Assembly (NCBI GenBank): GCA_963706325.1
Contig: CAVPLT010000002.1
Span: 64,001 to 128,000 of the forward strand
Reading direction: 5' to 3'
DNA: 64,000 nt
From: an uncultured Nitrospiraceae bacterium
GTDB taxonomy: Bacteria > Nitrospirota > Nitrospiria > Nitrospirales > Nitrospiraceae
A program made the translations under genes and the position numbers. The notes beneath the pieces were generated by a model, which saw only the letters and a program-made list of their open reading frames with translations, did no database searches and was not told where the DNA came from. This document shows, in pieces, positions 1-10,905 of the stretch (position 1 is its first letter; each line of letters starts with the position of its first letter).

Positions 1-673
1 TATGAACTCCGAATCCTTCCATCATGCGATAGCTGCGAGGGATTGCGCGGTCGGACATCACCCAGAGCACCATGTGCATGGACTCCGGCATGAGGGAGAT
101 GAAATCCCAAAAGGTGTCGTGCGCTGAGGAGGCCTGCGGCATTTCGTGATGGGGCTCAGGCTTAATCGCGTGCACGAGATCGGGAAATTTCACTCCGTCT
201 TGAATAAAGAAGACCGGAATATTGTTCCCCACGAGATCAAATACTCCTTCGTCCGTATAGAATTTGACGGCGAAGCCGCGAACGTCTCGCGCCAGGTCCG
301 CGGAACCTCGCGAGCCCACGACGGTGGAAAACCGCACGAAGACGGGGGTCTCAGCAGCAGGGTCTTGCAGAAACCGCGCCTTGGTCAGTGGGGCGAGGGA
401 TTCGTAGACTTGGAACACCCCATGCGCGCCGGCCCCTCGCGCATGAACCACCCGTTCGGGAATCCGCTCATGGTCAAAATGCGTAATTTTCTCCCGGAGG
501 TGAAAATCCTCCAGCAGCGATGGCCCCCGCTCGCCCGCTTTGAGCGAATTTTGGTCATCGTTAATGCGCAATCCTTGGTTTGTGGTGAGGAGTTCATCTG
601 CCGAGCTTTCGCGATTTGTGCCCATGTCAGCGATCTTTTTTGTCTCGCGCTTTTCTTTTTTTCGTTTTGCCAT
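1..673 (-). CDS. katE: Large-subunit monofunctional catalase (HPII type), N-terminal part, runs off window start
   Basis: Manual minus-strand translation: MAKRKKEK...[29 protein letters not shown]...[15 protein letters not shown]...[36 protein letters not shown] upstream. Confidence 0.93.
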   Translation of the reverse strand, partial: MAKRKKEKRETKKIADMGTNRESSADELLTTNQGLRINDDQNSLKAGERGPSLLEDFHLREKITHFDHERIPERVVHARGAGAHGVFQVYESLAPLTKARFLQDPAAETPVFVRFSTVVGSRGSADLARDVRGFAVKFYTDEGVFDLVGNNIPVFFIQDGVKFPDLVHAIKPEPHHEMPQASSAHDTFWDFISLMPESMHMVLWVMSDRAIPRSYRMMEGFGVH

Positions 674-825
674 CTCTCTCCTTAGCATGGAAGGTCCTGT
701 TGGCTTCGAAACAACTCCGGCCTGCCGGGGTTCATTGTATGTAGGTGGTGAGTTAATGCGCTCCGGGAACGGTCCTTCGACCCTGGATGATGACCATGGG
801 TGTCACCTTCTAGGACCTGTCAGTC

Positions 826-1233
826 TTACGTCTTCGGTGAGAGCACTTGGGCCTTGATCCATTGAACGTCCTCTTTGATCGTGCGAAGCGTGCGGAATGG
901 CCAGAGCCGCAGACTCGCGCCCACCTTGATCAACAGATAGGCGAACAGGCCGGCGCTCGCCGCGGCGAGGATAGCCACGATGCCATAACTCGCCCACAGC
1001 GAGAGGCCGAGAAGGCTGTGGAGGAGATACACCAACGTGAGACACAGGAGAACGACGGCTAGGAGGCTGAGAACGAGGGCGACCGCGGCTTGGATGGCGG
1101 CCTTCGCGAGTTTAGACAGCTCGAGCTGCATTTCGTGTTTTGCCAGTTGAAACTCTTGCGCCACAAGGCGCCGGAGATCGTCGAGCAGGCTGTTCGCCAA
1201 TGCCACGACAGTAGGGCGAGTTGGCTCTTTCAT
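826..1233 (-). CDS. Phage holin family / DUF1469-like membrane protein
   Basis: LLDDLRRLVAQEFQLAKHE, two TM helices, RTLRTIKEDVQWIK tail. Confidence 0.75.
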   Translation of the reverse strand: MKEPTRPTVVALANSLLDDLRRLVAQEFQLAKHEMQLELSKLAKAAIQAAVALVLSLLAVVLLCLTLVYLLHSLLGLSLWASYGIVAILAAASAGLFAYLLIKVGASLRLWPFRTLRTIKEDVQWIKAQVLSPKT

Positions 1234-1255
1234 GAAGACTCCTTTTGCTTGCGAG

Positions 1256-1600
1256 TTAATCGCGATGAAGGCGAGTCCACAGGTAGCCGCAGCCCAGCCC
1301 GATAAAGAGTGTCTGCATGGGATACCGCCTGGCGATTGCGACGACATCGTCGATCATCGCCCCGAAGCCTTGCTCCTGCAGCTGAGTCGCCGCTTGATTG
1401 ATCCCACTCGTCAGCCTGTCTGCCACCTGACCGGCCATACCATCGTCAGGGAGGTGGGATCGGAGGTGCTCAGCGGCGGACTTGAGGGCGTGACCCGCCT
1501 GCTTTCCGGCTGCATCCCCCGCGGCCTTTGGATCTTGCGCTGCCTCCCGCGTGGCGCTGGCTGCGGAGCCGGCGGAGGCGCCAGTGCTTCCATGTTCCAT
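1256..1600 (-). CDS. ElaB/YqjD (DUF883)-like membrane-anchored stress protein
   Basis: Ala-rich helical body ending in ARRYPMQTLFIGLGCGYLW anchor; adjacent to DUF1469-like gene. Confidence 0.65.
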   Translation of the reverse strand: MEHGSTGASAGSAASATREAAQDPKAAGDAAGKQAGHALKSAAEHLRSHLPDDGMAGQVADRLTSGINQAATQLQEQGFGAMIDDVVAIARRYPMQTLFIGLGCGYLWTRLHRD

Positions 1601-2180
1601 CTGAGACTCCCTCGTTTATCGACGGTTATAGGATGTAGGGCGCCGAATGATTGATCCAGCTTCGAACTAAGTTACGCTGGTGAAAACGGCTAAGGTACTG
1701 GGCATAGCCCTGGACGACGATTGATCGGAAGGAGCTTCGGCGTCGAGCTGGATCGCAGGTGGGAGGGCAGCCACACTTCCAACCACCATCCGCAACCTTA
1801 AACTCTTGTTCAAGAGGCCGGAAGATGTGTCTACCTTTCCCAGGGTTTTGCCCAGCGCCGACGCTGGACTACTGCAGTTATAGTTCACGAGCTAATGCGC
1901 AGTATCATCCTACCAGCGCTACTGAGCTTGATTCGATACGGCGGTGTCAGCCGAGATGCCACGGTAAGACGCAGGCATGCATTGCGGTTAATGGAGCTGA
2001 ATTGGAGTCCGCATACGGCAACGCGAAAAGGGGCGAGACAGACATCTCACATCCGCGTAGATGCCGTCGCACACTAAAGCGGTAGCAAGCAGAGAGGGTT
2101 CTGTAAGGTGAGAGGTCACGTCATATCGAGGTCTGCGAGAAGGACAGGGCGCCCACGATTCAGCGAATAAATCCGTCCAA

Positions 2181-2771
2181 ATGTCTTTAACCGACGCATC
2201 AGACTCGCCTGGCTTTTGTTCTCCTAGTCGGGAGAAGCGTTGTTTGCTCATCATTGACATGATCAATCTGTTTGACTTTCCTGAGGCGGCCCGGATGTTT
2301 CCCGCCGTTTTGCACGTCGCGGAGCATATCGCGCAACTCAAACGCCGTGCGCGGAATGCCGGGGTCCCCGCCATTTATGTGAATGATAACTTCGGTAAAT
2401 GGCAGCATGACCTGCCCACCTTGATCGAGAGTTGCTTAGACGAAGGTTGCCCAGGACGACCTGTCACCGAAGCTCTGAAGCCGGACAAAGAAGACTATTT
2501 CGTATTGAAACCGAAGCACTCCGGCTTCTTCGCCACGCCGCTCGAGCTACTCCTTAGGTTTCTTGACGTGCGCCGGCTCGTCGTGACCGGTGTGTCGGGT
2601 GACAACTGTGTATTGTATACGGCTGCGGACGCCTATATGCGAGACTTTGCCATCAGTGCGCCACGCGACTGCATTGCGTCCTTGGATTGCCAGAGCAATG
2701 AGTATGCCCTCGTTCAGATGCGAACGACGCTCAAAGCTGACTTAGCGCCCTCTTCCGAGCTGCAGTTCTGA
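2181..2771 (+). CDS. Isochorismatase-family cysteine hydrolase
   Basis: LLIIDMIN, YVNDNFGKW, KPKHSGFF, TGVSGDNCVLYTAADA. Confidence 0.9.
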   Translation: MSLTDASDSPGFCSPSREKRCLLIIDMINLFDFPEAARMFPAVLHVAEHIAQLKRRARNAGVPAIYVNDNFGKWQHDLPTLIESCLDEGCPGRPVTEALKPDKEDYFVLKPKHSGFFATPLELLLRFLDVRRLVVTGVSGDNCVLYTAADAYMRDFAISAPRDCIASLDCQSNEYALVQMRTTLKADLAPSSELQF

Positions 2772-2824
2772 GTCTGATTGCAGCATCTTCCGCCGACGGC
2801 GCGCCTATCGGACTTGCGAGGAAC

Positions 2825-3796
2825 ATGACCATGAACGATTCACATTCTCTCTGGGACGCCATTATCGTTGGTGGCGGGCCTGCTGGATTATCCGCCGCGA
2901 TCTATCTAGGGCGGAGCCACCGTCGTACCCTTCTGGTTCATTCCGCGCACTCGATGGCCAAATGGGAAAAGGATGTCCAAAACTACTTGGGCTTTCCGGA
3001 TGGCATCGACGGGCATGAGTTGCTGACAAGGGGATTCGCCCAGGCCCGCCGGTTCAAGGTCGAGGTGGGGGAAGATACGATGCAGTCCATACGGCCATCC
3101 GGCACTCACTTCGAACTTGTGGGGACTGCCCAACAGTACCGTGCGAAGCGTGTGCTGCTGGCTACCGGGCTCACGCATTTACCTCCTGATCTGGAAGGGG
3201 TGCGAGAGTGCTTGGGGCATAGTCTCTTTTTCTGCAAAGACTGTGACGCCTACCGCGTGCAAGGAAAGCGCATTGTCATCATTGGTCACAATGCCGAAGC
3301 AGCGGAGTACGCTTTGGCGATGTTACTGTTTACGTCCCGGGTGATGATCTGCACGAATGGAGCGCAGCCCACGTGGTCCGCTGACCATCACCGCTGGATA
3401 CAAGACGCGGTTGTCCCCGTGTTGATTCCCCGCATTGCGGCCTTGAATCACGAAAATGGCAGGATCCGATCTCTCACCTTCGAGTCGGGAGAAGACGTGT
3501 TACTCGACGCGGCTTTTACCACCCGAGGAGACGTCGTACACAGCGGCTTGGCCGCTGGCGCGGGAGCAGATTTAGATTCCGAAGGGCAGGTCGTCGTCAA
3601 TGCCTGTATGAGAACCAGCGTTCCGGGGCTGTATGCCGCGGGTTGTCTTACCCCGGCGAATTGCCAGATGATCATCGCCGCGGGGCAGGGCGCGACCGCG
3701 GGACAGGCGATTAACCGGGATTTGTTCGAGGAGAGTCTGCGGACTAACAGGCTTCCGCGTTTCGACGAGTCGGCGCGAACAGCGGCCGCATCCTAG
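2825..3796 (+). CDS. Thioredoxin reductase-like NAD(P)/FAD-dependent oxidoreductase
   Basis: GGGPAGLSAA, LLATG, CKDC redox motif, TSVPGLYAAG. Confidence 0.88.
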   Translation: MTMNDSHSLWDAIIVGGGPAGLSAAIYLGRSHRRTLLVHSAHSMAKWEKDVQNYLGFPDGIDGHELLTRGFAQARRFKVEVGEDTMQSIRPSGTHFELVGTAQQYRAKRVLLATGLTHLPPDLEGVRECLGHSLFFCKDCDAYRVQGKRIVIIGHNAEAAEYALAMLLFTSRVMICTNGAQPTWSADHHRWIQDAVVPVLIPRIAALNHENGRIRSLTFESGEDVLLDAAFTTRGDVVHSGLAAGAGADLDSEGQVVVNACMRTSVPGLYAAGCLTPANCQMIIAAGQGATAGQAINRDLFEESLRTNRLPRFDESARTAAAS

Positions 3797-4266
3797 TCCA
3801 AGGGTGGTTCTTTTCTATAATGATAAGAAAATGTCCAACGCACACAAACGGCAAGCTCATCGGGAAAAATCCAAGGCGAAACTCTCAGTCATAAAGGCGA
3901 AGCTCACACCGTCAGCCCTACTCACACCGCAGCCAACCGGCAGGCCGAGCGATTGCGGGAGCCGTTGACTGCCCACCCAGCGCTCTCAACCGACTTCGAT
4001 GGCTGGATCGAGAGCCGGAAGGGACAACTTCGCAAAAGCGAACGATAGTGAGTTGAACGGGAGTTCCGCATGAATAGGGATTTTGCCTCAGTCCAGGCTG
4101 ATCCCATATCTCAGGGTCGCAGTTGAAGGTTTCTAGTCACCCTCGCACGTCCTATTCGTGGGATACTGCTTATCGTCCGATTGTAGTCCATGGCATCGGC
4201 GTCTTTCACTCGATGCTTGGGAATGCACAGGCTCGATGCATCTCACGAACCTTTAGCAGCATCAGC

Positions 4267-5012
4267 CTAATCACCAGTTGCGGTGAGCGCTAGGTGTTGC
4301 AAGGCTTCCACATATTGTCCAGTGGCGTCCTTGCAAAGGGCAAAACACTCACAGCAGGCGGCGGTAAGCCCCTCCTGGTCGGTGATCGTAATAGAAGAGC
4401 GGCCCTTCGTGACGATACCATGCTGTTTAAGATCCTCAATCAGCCCGGCGACCGTATCCCGGTCAAGGCCGACTTGAGCCGCCAGGAACGCCACCGTAAA
4501 GGGAAACGTTTCCAACCCTGTCCGATCCCAATGCGCTTTTAACCAGCGGGCGAGCCGTTGTCGATGGGAGTGAAAGCGGTTACAGCCTACGGAAACCACA
4601 GCATGGCGAAGCAGGAGGGCATTGTACCTTCGCAAGGCGCTTTCCATATAACGCAGATGAGTCAGTTCAGACATCAGCACAGATGCCGCGAGACGCACGG
4701 CCGGCCCCCCGATTTGGACGAGCGCCATACAGACTGCATCATCGCTGCCTTGTACGATCGATGCACCACTGCAGCCTTCTGTGCCTGTGATGGTCACTTC
4801 AACGGTATGGTGTTCGTCCAGCATGTCCGTGATGCTAATGGCGGCGCGCAGCGGGAAGTACAAGTATTGGATCGGCCCTTCCCGGCTGGTCGATAATATC
4901 GCCTAACTGGACCTCCGTCAGCTCCAGGTGAGGGGACAAGAAGTTCGGCCTCCGGAGGAGGCAGCAAAGCCAGAATGCGATTTGCGGAAAAATCTTTCAT
5001 AAGAGTGGTCAT
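4267..5012 (-). pseudogene. Crp/Fnr-family regulator with two frameshifts in the 5' part
   Basis: ANRILALLP / HLELTEVQLGDIIDQPG / IQYLYFPLRAAIS lie in three frames; C-terminal RLARWL...FLAAQVG HTH; extra bases in C and G runs near 4935 and 4876. Confidence 0.75.
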
Positions 5013-5245
5013 CACGTGACCTCCAACGTCCGATCATAGCTTGGAGCAGGCGCTCGGATGCACCCTCTTCGCGCCATGTGTAAATGGTCCAAGTTACGAG
5101 CGAATGTGCCTACCTGGTAAAAATTCTGACTAGCGAAGAGGGTAGATGGCATGAGGTAGCGATTTTTACCCGCATGCTCATGGCCGTGCGTCATTATCAT
5201 GATCCCTCCTTATCCGTTCCGTTTGATTTCACGATGCCGGCAGAT

Positions 5246-6544
5246 TCAAATTTTCGCTGAAGGGATGGCAGGGAGGCTTGATGGAGCCACATCCTTTAGT
5301 GGCATTGATGCCTTCAAGGTCGTCCCTTCACCTGGACGGCTTTCCACGGTGAAGACTCCCCCCATCGCGCGCATGCGTTCTCGCATAATGAGAAGCCCAA
5401 ATCCGCCGGCCGCCGTGGCGCGGCCGCCCGTATGAAATCCCTTCCCGTCATCACGGACCGTCAGCAGGAGTTCCTGTTCGGTAGCCTTTAATTCCACGAT
5501 CACAGTGTTAGCCGCAGCGTGCTTGAAAATATTGACCAATGCTTCCTGCATGACCCGGAACAAGGCCACAGATTTTTCGGGACGGCACTCAACCGGCATA
5601 CCCGGGGCGGCGAAAGTGATCCGAGTGGCGGCAAAGGTATTCAGGTCCTCGATGTATTCCTTCATGGCGATCTGCAAACCGCCGCGCTGTAAAAATCCGG
5701 AGTGTAAACGATGCGCTAGATGGTGCAGGTCTACGCCCATATGCGAGACGCGTTGTTGGATTGCGTGCAGCTTCGTCAGGCCGCGGGTGCTGAGAGGTTC
5801 TTCCCGCTCGATGGCTGAAAGGTCCCATATCAACACAGCCATTCGTTGTCTGTACTCCTCTTCTAAGTCACGCGCGATGCTTTGCCGGACGTCCTGCTCC
5901 ATCGAGAGCAGCCGCGCGCTGACCGACTGGAGCTCTTGCTGGTGTTCCATCAGTGCCCGGTCTTGTGCCTTCAGTCGTTCCTCAGCCAATTTGCGCTCTG
6001 TGATATCTGTTGCCGTCAGACGAAGGTGCTGAACACTATTTGGTGGACCAACCAAGGACACGTCGGCCAGCACAAATTTTACGCCGTCTTTGCAGCGCAA
6101 CTTCATTTCACAACTGAGTGGACCCTTCCCCTCGACGACCGTCGTCCAACATGCCATAACGGCCCGTGCATCGTCCGCGTCGAGATACTCCGATAGGCGT
6201 CGCCCGATTAAGAACCTGCGCTCCGTTCCTAACAAACGCTCAGCCGCACCATTGACGCGCTGGATGCGGAATTGCCGGTCCAATGTTATATATGGAGAGG
6301 GACTTGCTTCATAGAGGTCATAATATTGATCACGGCTTTCCTCGGCTTCTTGTCGGGACTGCCGTAGCTCCTCGTTCTGCACTTCGAGTTCGACTTGGTG
6401 AATCCGGAGCTCATGGACCAATGCCTCAACATTCTCAGAGGCTAGGCTGGGGATAGTGTTCGATATCACGTTCTTTAGCGTCTGTTCTGCTCGGTTACGT
6501 AACGCTGCCAGCTGTTCGGCTTCTGAATTTTTACTGCGTGCCAT
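5246..6544 (-). CDS. PAS-domain sensor histidine kinase (HisKA_3/NarX-UhpB type ATPase domain)
   Basis: PAS region; QEALVNIFKHA, VRDDGKGF, GGFGLLIMRER, GEGT; H-box region reads IARDLEEE (His apparently absent). Confidence 0.82.
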   Translation of the reverse strand: MARSKNSEAEQLAALRNRAEQTLKNVISNTIPSLASENVEALVHELRIHQVELEVQNEELRQSRQEAEESRDQYYDLYEASPSPYITLDRQFRIQRVNGAAERLLGTERRFLIGRRLSEYLDADDARAVMACWTTVVEGKGPLSCEMKLRCKDGVKFVLADVSLVGPPNSVQHLRLTATDITERKLAEERLKAQDRALMEHQQELQSVSARLLSMEQDVRQSIARDLEEEYRQRMAVLIWDLSAIEREEPLSTRGLTKLHAIQQRVSHMGVDLHHLAHRLHSGFLQRGGLQIAMKEYIEDLNTFAATRITFAAPGMPVECRPEKSVALFRVMQEALVNIFKHAAANTVIVELKATEQELLLTVRDDGKGFHTGGRATAAGGFGLLIMRERMRAMGGVFTVESRPGEGTTLKASMPLKDVAPSSLPAIPSAKI

Positions 6545-6987
6545 CGAACCCCTCGGTAGTCTCGACCAGAGCCTGCCCTCCTAATATACGTTGCATGAAC
6601 TACTAGCCACTGGGGTATACCCTTGAGCCATCGATCCGCGGAGATTTGAGATAGTCACAAATGCCATGTGGTGGGTAGTCGAGGAATGGCACGGAAAAGT
6701 GAGCGACACTTTCCAGGGCTAAAAGGCCCTGTCGCGTCAGATCGCCTCTAGGTCAGGTCCTGACGATTGCGGGCTCACGGTCTTACGTACCTTCTCTAGG
6801 GTAGGTCCTAGTGGTGATTTCGAGTAATTGGCCTATGATCCGCCTGGAACCTGAGGAAACGGCCAGTGCAAGGGGTTGAGTTGTTATAAAAAACCTCCGC
6901 TTCGAATGCCCATTGGTGGGACACAATGATAGACAAAGTGCTTGCATCCCTCAGTGATGGACTGAAGAACCAGAGCAGGAGGAATAC

Positions 6988-7167
6988 ATGATGTGCGCCC
7001 AATGCCAAGGCTGGATGCTGGAAGAGCGTCGAGTGGACTTTTCACCCGACACGTTTGTATGGCGATGTATCCATTGCGCATCAATTGCCGACCCTATGAA
7101 GGACCCGGTCCAAAGCTCACCGCGGGGCGGGCATATGCTGCTGGGAGTCGTCAAAGTTTTTCACTGA
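6988..7167 (+). CDS. Small zinc-ribbon-like protein (59 aa)
   Basis: AGGAGG RBS; MMCAQCQGWML...WRCIHC, two CxxC pairs; below ORF-track cutoff. Confidence 0.55.
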   Translation: MMCAQCQGWMLEERRVDFSPDTFVWRCIHCASIADPMKDPVQSSPRGGHMLLGVVKVFH

Positions 7168-7218
7168 TAAAAGAAAAACCGCGCTCTCTGTGACCACGAT
7201 TAATCCAGGTTCTGCTAT

Positions 7219-7632
7219 TTGCAGCGCCATGCGGCAGTTGAAGATCTGCACGTCCATCGAGTCTTTCAGCAAGCGGAGCCGACCCGGGATGAGGCACACG
7301 AGGCAATTGAAGCTCACCGCAACATCAAAATTCTTCTGGATGAACTCGCAGCCTTTCAGACGTATGATCATACCTGGGTGCCCAAATTCCAGGAGTTGCG
7401 TCGGCTGGTCGAGAGCCATGTCGCTGCCGAGGAAAACGACATGTTTCGCAAAACCGAGGCGATCATGACAGCGCAAGAAGCAGAGGAGCTGGGCGTGAAA
7501 GTTGAGACAGCCAAGCAGGCTATCAGCCGTGACGCCCCTACGACGGAAGGCGGGACCCCAGAGTATAGAAGTCGTTCCCGCAAAACGCATATACTTAAGC
7601 CGCCCAACGAAATGCTACCGAAACCTGTCTAA
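7219..7632 (+). pseudogene. Hemerythrin (HHE) domain protein, 5' end apparently lost
   Basis: RHAAVED, EAHRNIK, SHVAAEENDMF motifs; no good start or first helix. Confidence 0.6.
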
Positions 7633-7707
7633 TCCCGACCGGGCGAATGACCCGTTCCAAGCCAAACAGGTTTCCAGCGTGTGTGGAGCAGGGAAGGTTC
7701 ACCGGCC

Positions 7708-8050
7708 ATGCCCAGAAACGTGGGGCGCCCATCTGAGCAAGTCATCATTCTGCTGCATGAAATCGGCGAGCGCCTAAAACTGCAGGGCGACAACCGCTTT
7801 CGGGCGCAGGCCTACACCAGGGCGGCGGACAGCCTGCGTGCTCTCACCAGACCTTTGACAGAGGTCATAGCTGCGGGAGAGCTGACATCAATTCCTGGTA
7901 TAGGCAGCGCCATCGCGAGTGTGGTTGAGCGGCTCTATGAAACAGGCTCGGACCCCACCCTTGAGAAGCTACGAAAAGACATACCCAACGGGGTTTTGGA
8001 AATGCTCCCCATCCCAGGCATGCGTACCAGCCAAATCCTTCGGCTCCACA
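7708..8050 (+). pseudogene. DNA polymerase X (PolX) N-terminal fragment
   Basis: GDNRFRAQAYTRAA, LTSIPGIGSAIA, LPIPGM HhH motifs; similarity ends near 8050. Confidence 0.8.
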
Positions 8051-8567
8051 GACTGATTCCATTCTTCAAGCCAAGAAGTGGTTCGATTTCTCCGATTGGT
8101 ATATTGATGGGATTGTTGCCAAAAAGAGTACGGATGTCTATGTGCCCGGTGAGCGGGTGATGCAGAAATACAAGCCCGTCCGTACTGCAGACTGCGTGGT
8201 AGGTGGATTTCGTTATGGCACGGATTCACAAGAAGTGGGTTCTCTTTTGCTCGGCCTGTATGATGAAGAGGGGCGTCTGCATCATGTCGGCTTTACTTCT
8301 GGCATTGCAAAGGCTGATAAACCCTCTCTCACGAAGGAACTCAAAGGCCTTGTTCGTGAGCCTGGCTTCACCGGCAAAGCGCCGGGAGCACCCAGCCGAT
8401 GGTCGACCGAGCGGTCGACTCAATGGGAGCCGCTCGCGCCCAAACTAGTCGTGGAAGTCAGTTTCGACCATGTCACTCAGGATCGCTTCCGCCATGGCAC
8501 AAAGTTAGTAAGATTCCGGCATGACAAGTCTCCGAAGCAATGTACGATGGAACAGTTACGTCGATAA
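8051..8567 (+). pseudogene. ATP-dependent DNA ligase (LigC-like) C-terminal fragment
   Basis: IDGIVAKK, YVPGERVMQKYKPVRTADCVVGGFRY, GSLLLGLYD, RFRHGTKLVRFRHDK; adenylation KxDG motif absent. Confidence 0.85.
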
Positions 8568-8851
8568 GGTAACTGAGCTTCGAAAAATTCTGAAGCTCAG
8601 CGCGTATTAGTTCTCCTTCCCCACCGAGCGACCAGCCAAGCAAGAGAGGGTCGTCCTCATCCGCCGCCGAACAGTTCTATGGCTCGTCTCATCTATCAAT
8701 GCCTGTGGTAAACCTACCAACCCGGGTCAACGGACACCATCTCTCCACGCCAACGTCCTAAGGTTCAGGGTTTTTCCCAGATGCATTGAGGCTCGTTGTG
8801 TGGTGGGATAATGTCGCCTTTAATATTTCTAAAGAATAGGAACCTAAGCCC

Positions 8852-9988
8852 ATGCCTCACTCTTGGAAAGCCCTGCTACAACCCGCTCGGTTTTGGGAAT
8901 TGTTCAAGAATACGTTTACGGCTTGGAGCGACGATAAGGTGCCCCGGCATGGTGCGGCGCTGGCCTACTACACCGTGTTGTCGCTCGTGCCTCTGTTGGT
9001 CGTCATCATTGCGATGATCGGAGTGATCTTCGGGCGCGAGGCGGCGCAAGGCTACATTCTGGAGCAGATCGGGAGTCTCGTGGGCCCGCAAAGCGAGGCG
9101 GCGATCAAAGAAATGATTCAACGGGCGAGTGAGCCCTCTACGGGGATCTTCGCTGCGGCCGTGGCGGGCGTGACCTTACTGGTCGGCGCCTCGGGCGTGT
9201 TTGCGCAGCTTCAGGATTCATTGAACTCAATTTGGGGAGTGAAAGCCAAGGAGGGGCGCGGCCTATGGGGACTCATCCGTGACCGCTTCTTCTCAGTCGC
9301 GGCGCTTCTTGGAACAGGCTTTTTACTCCTGGTGTCACTCGTACTGAGTGCGGCCCTGTCAGCATTCGGCAAATGGTTCGGGGGGTGGCTTCCGGCTCCC
9401 GAGCTGGTACTCCAGATCTTGGAGTTTATTATTTCTTTCGGCGTTGTCACCGGATTGTTCGCCCTTATCTTTAAGGTTCTTCCCGATGCCCACGTGGCCT
9501 GGCGAGACGTCTGGGTAGGATCAGCCATGACCGCGTTGCTTTTTACGATTGGAAAATTCGCTATTGGTCTCTATCTCGGAAAGAGCGACGTCGGGTCCGC
9601 GTACGGCGCTGCAGGATCCATGGTCATTCTGCTCGTGTGGGTGTATTACTCGGCGCAGATCATATTATTCGGCGCTGAATTTACTCAGGTCTATGCCAAC
9701 GCACTTGGCTCGCGAATCGTCGCGTCTGACAATGCCGATGTGGCTGATCCGGCAAAAGCCAAAGACTCCAACAGTGCCAAAGACTCCAACACCGCTGGGG
9801 CTCACACCCCTCTTGGGGGAGACAGCGGTACTAAAAAAGATGCGGGGTCCCGCGCACCGGCGGGTGCCATGGTTTCACCCGCTCACGTATCAGGATCCGC
9901 GGGACAACCTTCGTGGTGGTTAGGAGTGGTAGTGCTCGTCTCATTGGCAAGGTTCGTGCGCCGGTCAAAAGCTGAGGTCCGCGGATAA
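8852..9988 (+). CDS. YihY/virulence factor BrkB family membrane protein
   Basis: GAALAYYTVLSLVP, YGAAGSMVILLVWVYYSAQIILFGAEF. Confidence 0.92.
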   Translation: MPHSWKALLQPARFWELFKNTFTAWSDDKVPRHGAALAYYTVLSLVPLLVVIIAMIGVIFGREAAQGYILEQIGSLVGPQSEAAIKEMIQRASEPSTGIFAAAVAGVTLLVGASGVFAQLQDSLNSIWGVKAKEGRGLWGLIRDRFFSVAALLGTGFLLLVSLVLSAALSAFGKWFGGWLPAPELVLQILEFIISFGVVTGLFALIFKVLPDAHVAWRDVWVGSAMTALLFTIGKFAIGLYLGKSDVGSAYGAAGSMVILLVWVYYSAQIILFGAEFTQVYANALGSRIVASDNADVADPAKAKDSNSAKDSNTAGAHTPLGGDSGTKKDAGSRAPAGAMVSPAHVSGSAGQPSWWLGVVVLVSLARFVRRSKAEVRG

Positions 9989-10096
9989 TTGTTGAATCAT
10001 TTCCAGGCGCTTCCCACCGACCCTATGGTACCTTACGCATGACGACCTTCTCTGAGTAGCCGAGTCAGGGAAAGCATCACACAATAAGGAGCACTC

Positions 10097-10276
10097 GTGG
10101 AAAAAGATATTCGGGATTGTTTTGAACGGGTTGAGAAGCGACTGAATGCTATCGAGGATCTTGGCAAAGCGATTAAGACTGCTATAGAAGAACTAGCCAC
10201 AGAGATCATGAACGCCGAGCACGGCGACGAGGCCAAGCTTGATCGAGTCCTCCAATTGCTGGAGGCCAAAAAATAG
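10097..10276 (+). CDS. Small coiled-coil hypothetical protein (59 aa)
   Basis: TAAGGAG RBS, GTG start, EKDIRDCFERVEKRLNAIEDL... Confidence 0.45.
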   Translation: MEKDIRDCFERVEKRLNAIEDLGKAIKTAIEELATEIMNAEHGDEAKLDRVLQLLEAKK

Positions 10277-10905
10277 CGTGAGACCGGCGAAGATGACATT
10301 GTGAATGGAGAAGGGAGTAATATCGTTTCGTTCTGCTGATAAAAAAGCTGAAAAAATCCAAACTGACTTATCCTTTGTCATGGGAGAGGCCGGTTGGCTC
10401 AGCTAGGTGCCAAACCCGTCAGCGTAATATCAGTTGATCTCATCTGTCTTGGAGTGCTCGTCAATACTTTTCCCTCCCTCATGACAGGCTTCCTCTAGAG
10501 CGTCCGCATGGCTTAGGTTTCGCGGCGCTCCATCTCGTATTAAGTAGTTTTTAAGCGCGTACTAATGCCCCTCTAATGCACGCCTCTTATACTGACCCGT
10601 TCTGTACCCGACATTATTTTGGAATGGGTGATGGTATGAGCGAAGCCAAACTATATTACCGCGTAAGGCCAAGCATATATGCATTTATGAAGCTCTGTAC
10701 CAGGCTCCTGGAGCATACCGAACATGTGCCCCTTACCCCTCAGGAACGAGAAACGATTTTGCTCTACACGAGGAAACTAGTCGAGCGATTTCTATAAGAG
10801 GCCTACGGGGACGCCCAGTGCCGGTTGGTAAAGAGCAGTTCTGCCGGCAGGCCTCCTCCAGGTGGGAGTGCCGCTTTACATCCCGGTTGAGTGATCTGGA
10901 AGGTC

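Noticed and set aside
146..685. 179-aa plus-strand ORF
   Set aside because: Antisense shadow of the minus-strand catalase.
9758..9791. 18-bp-period tandem duplication (GCCAAAGACTCCAACA x2)
   Set aside because: In-frame slippage in the disordered YihY tail; no sign of function.
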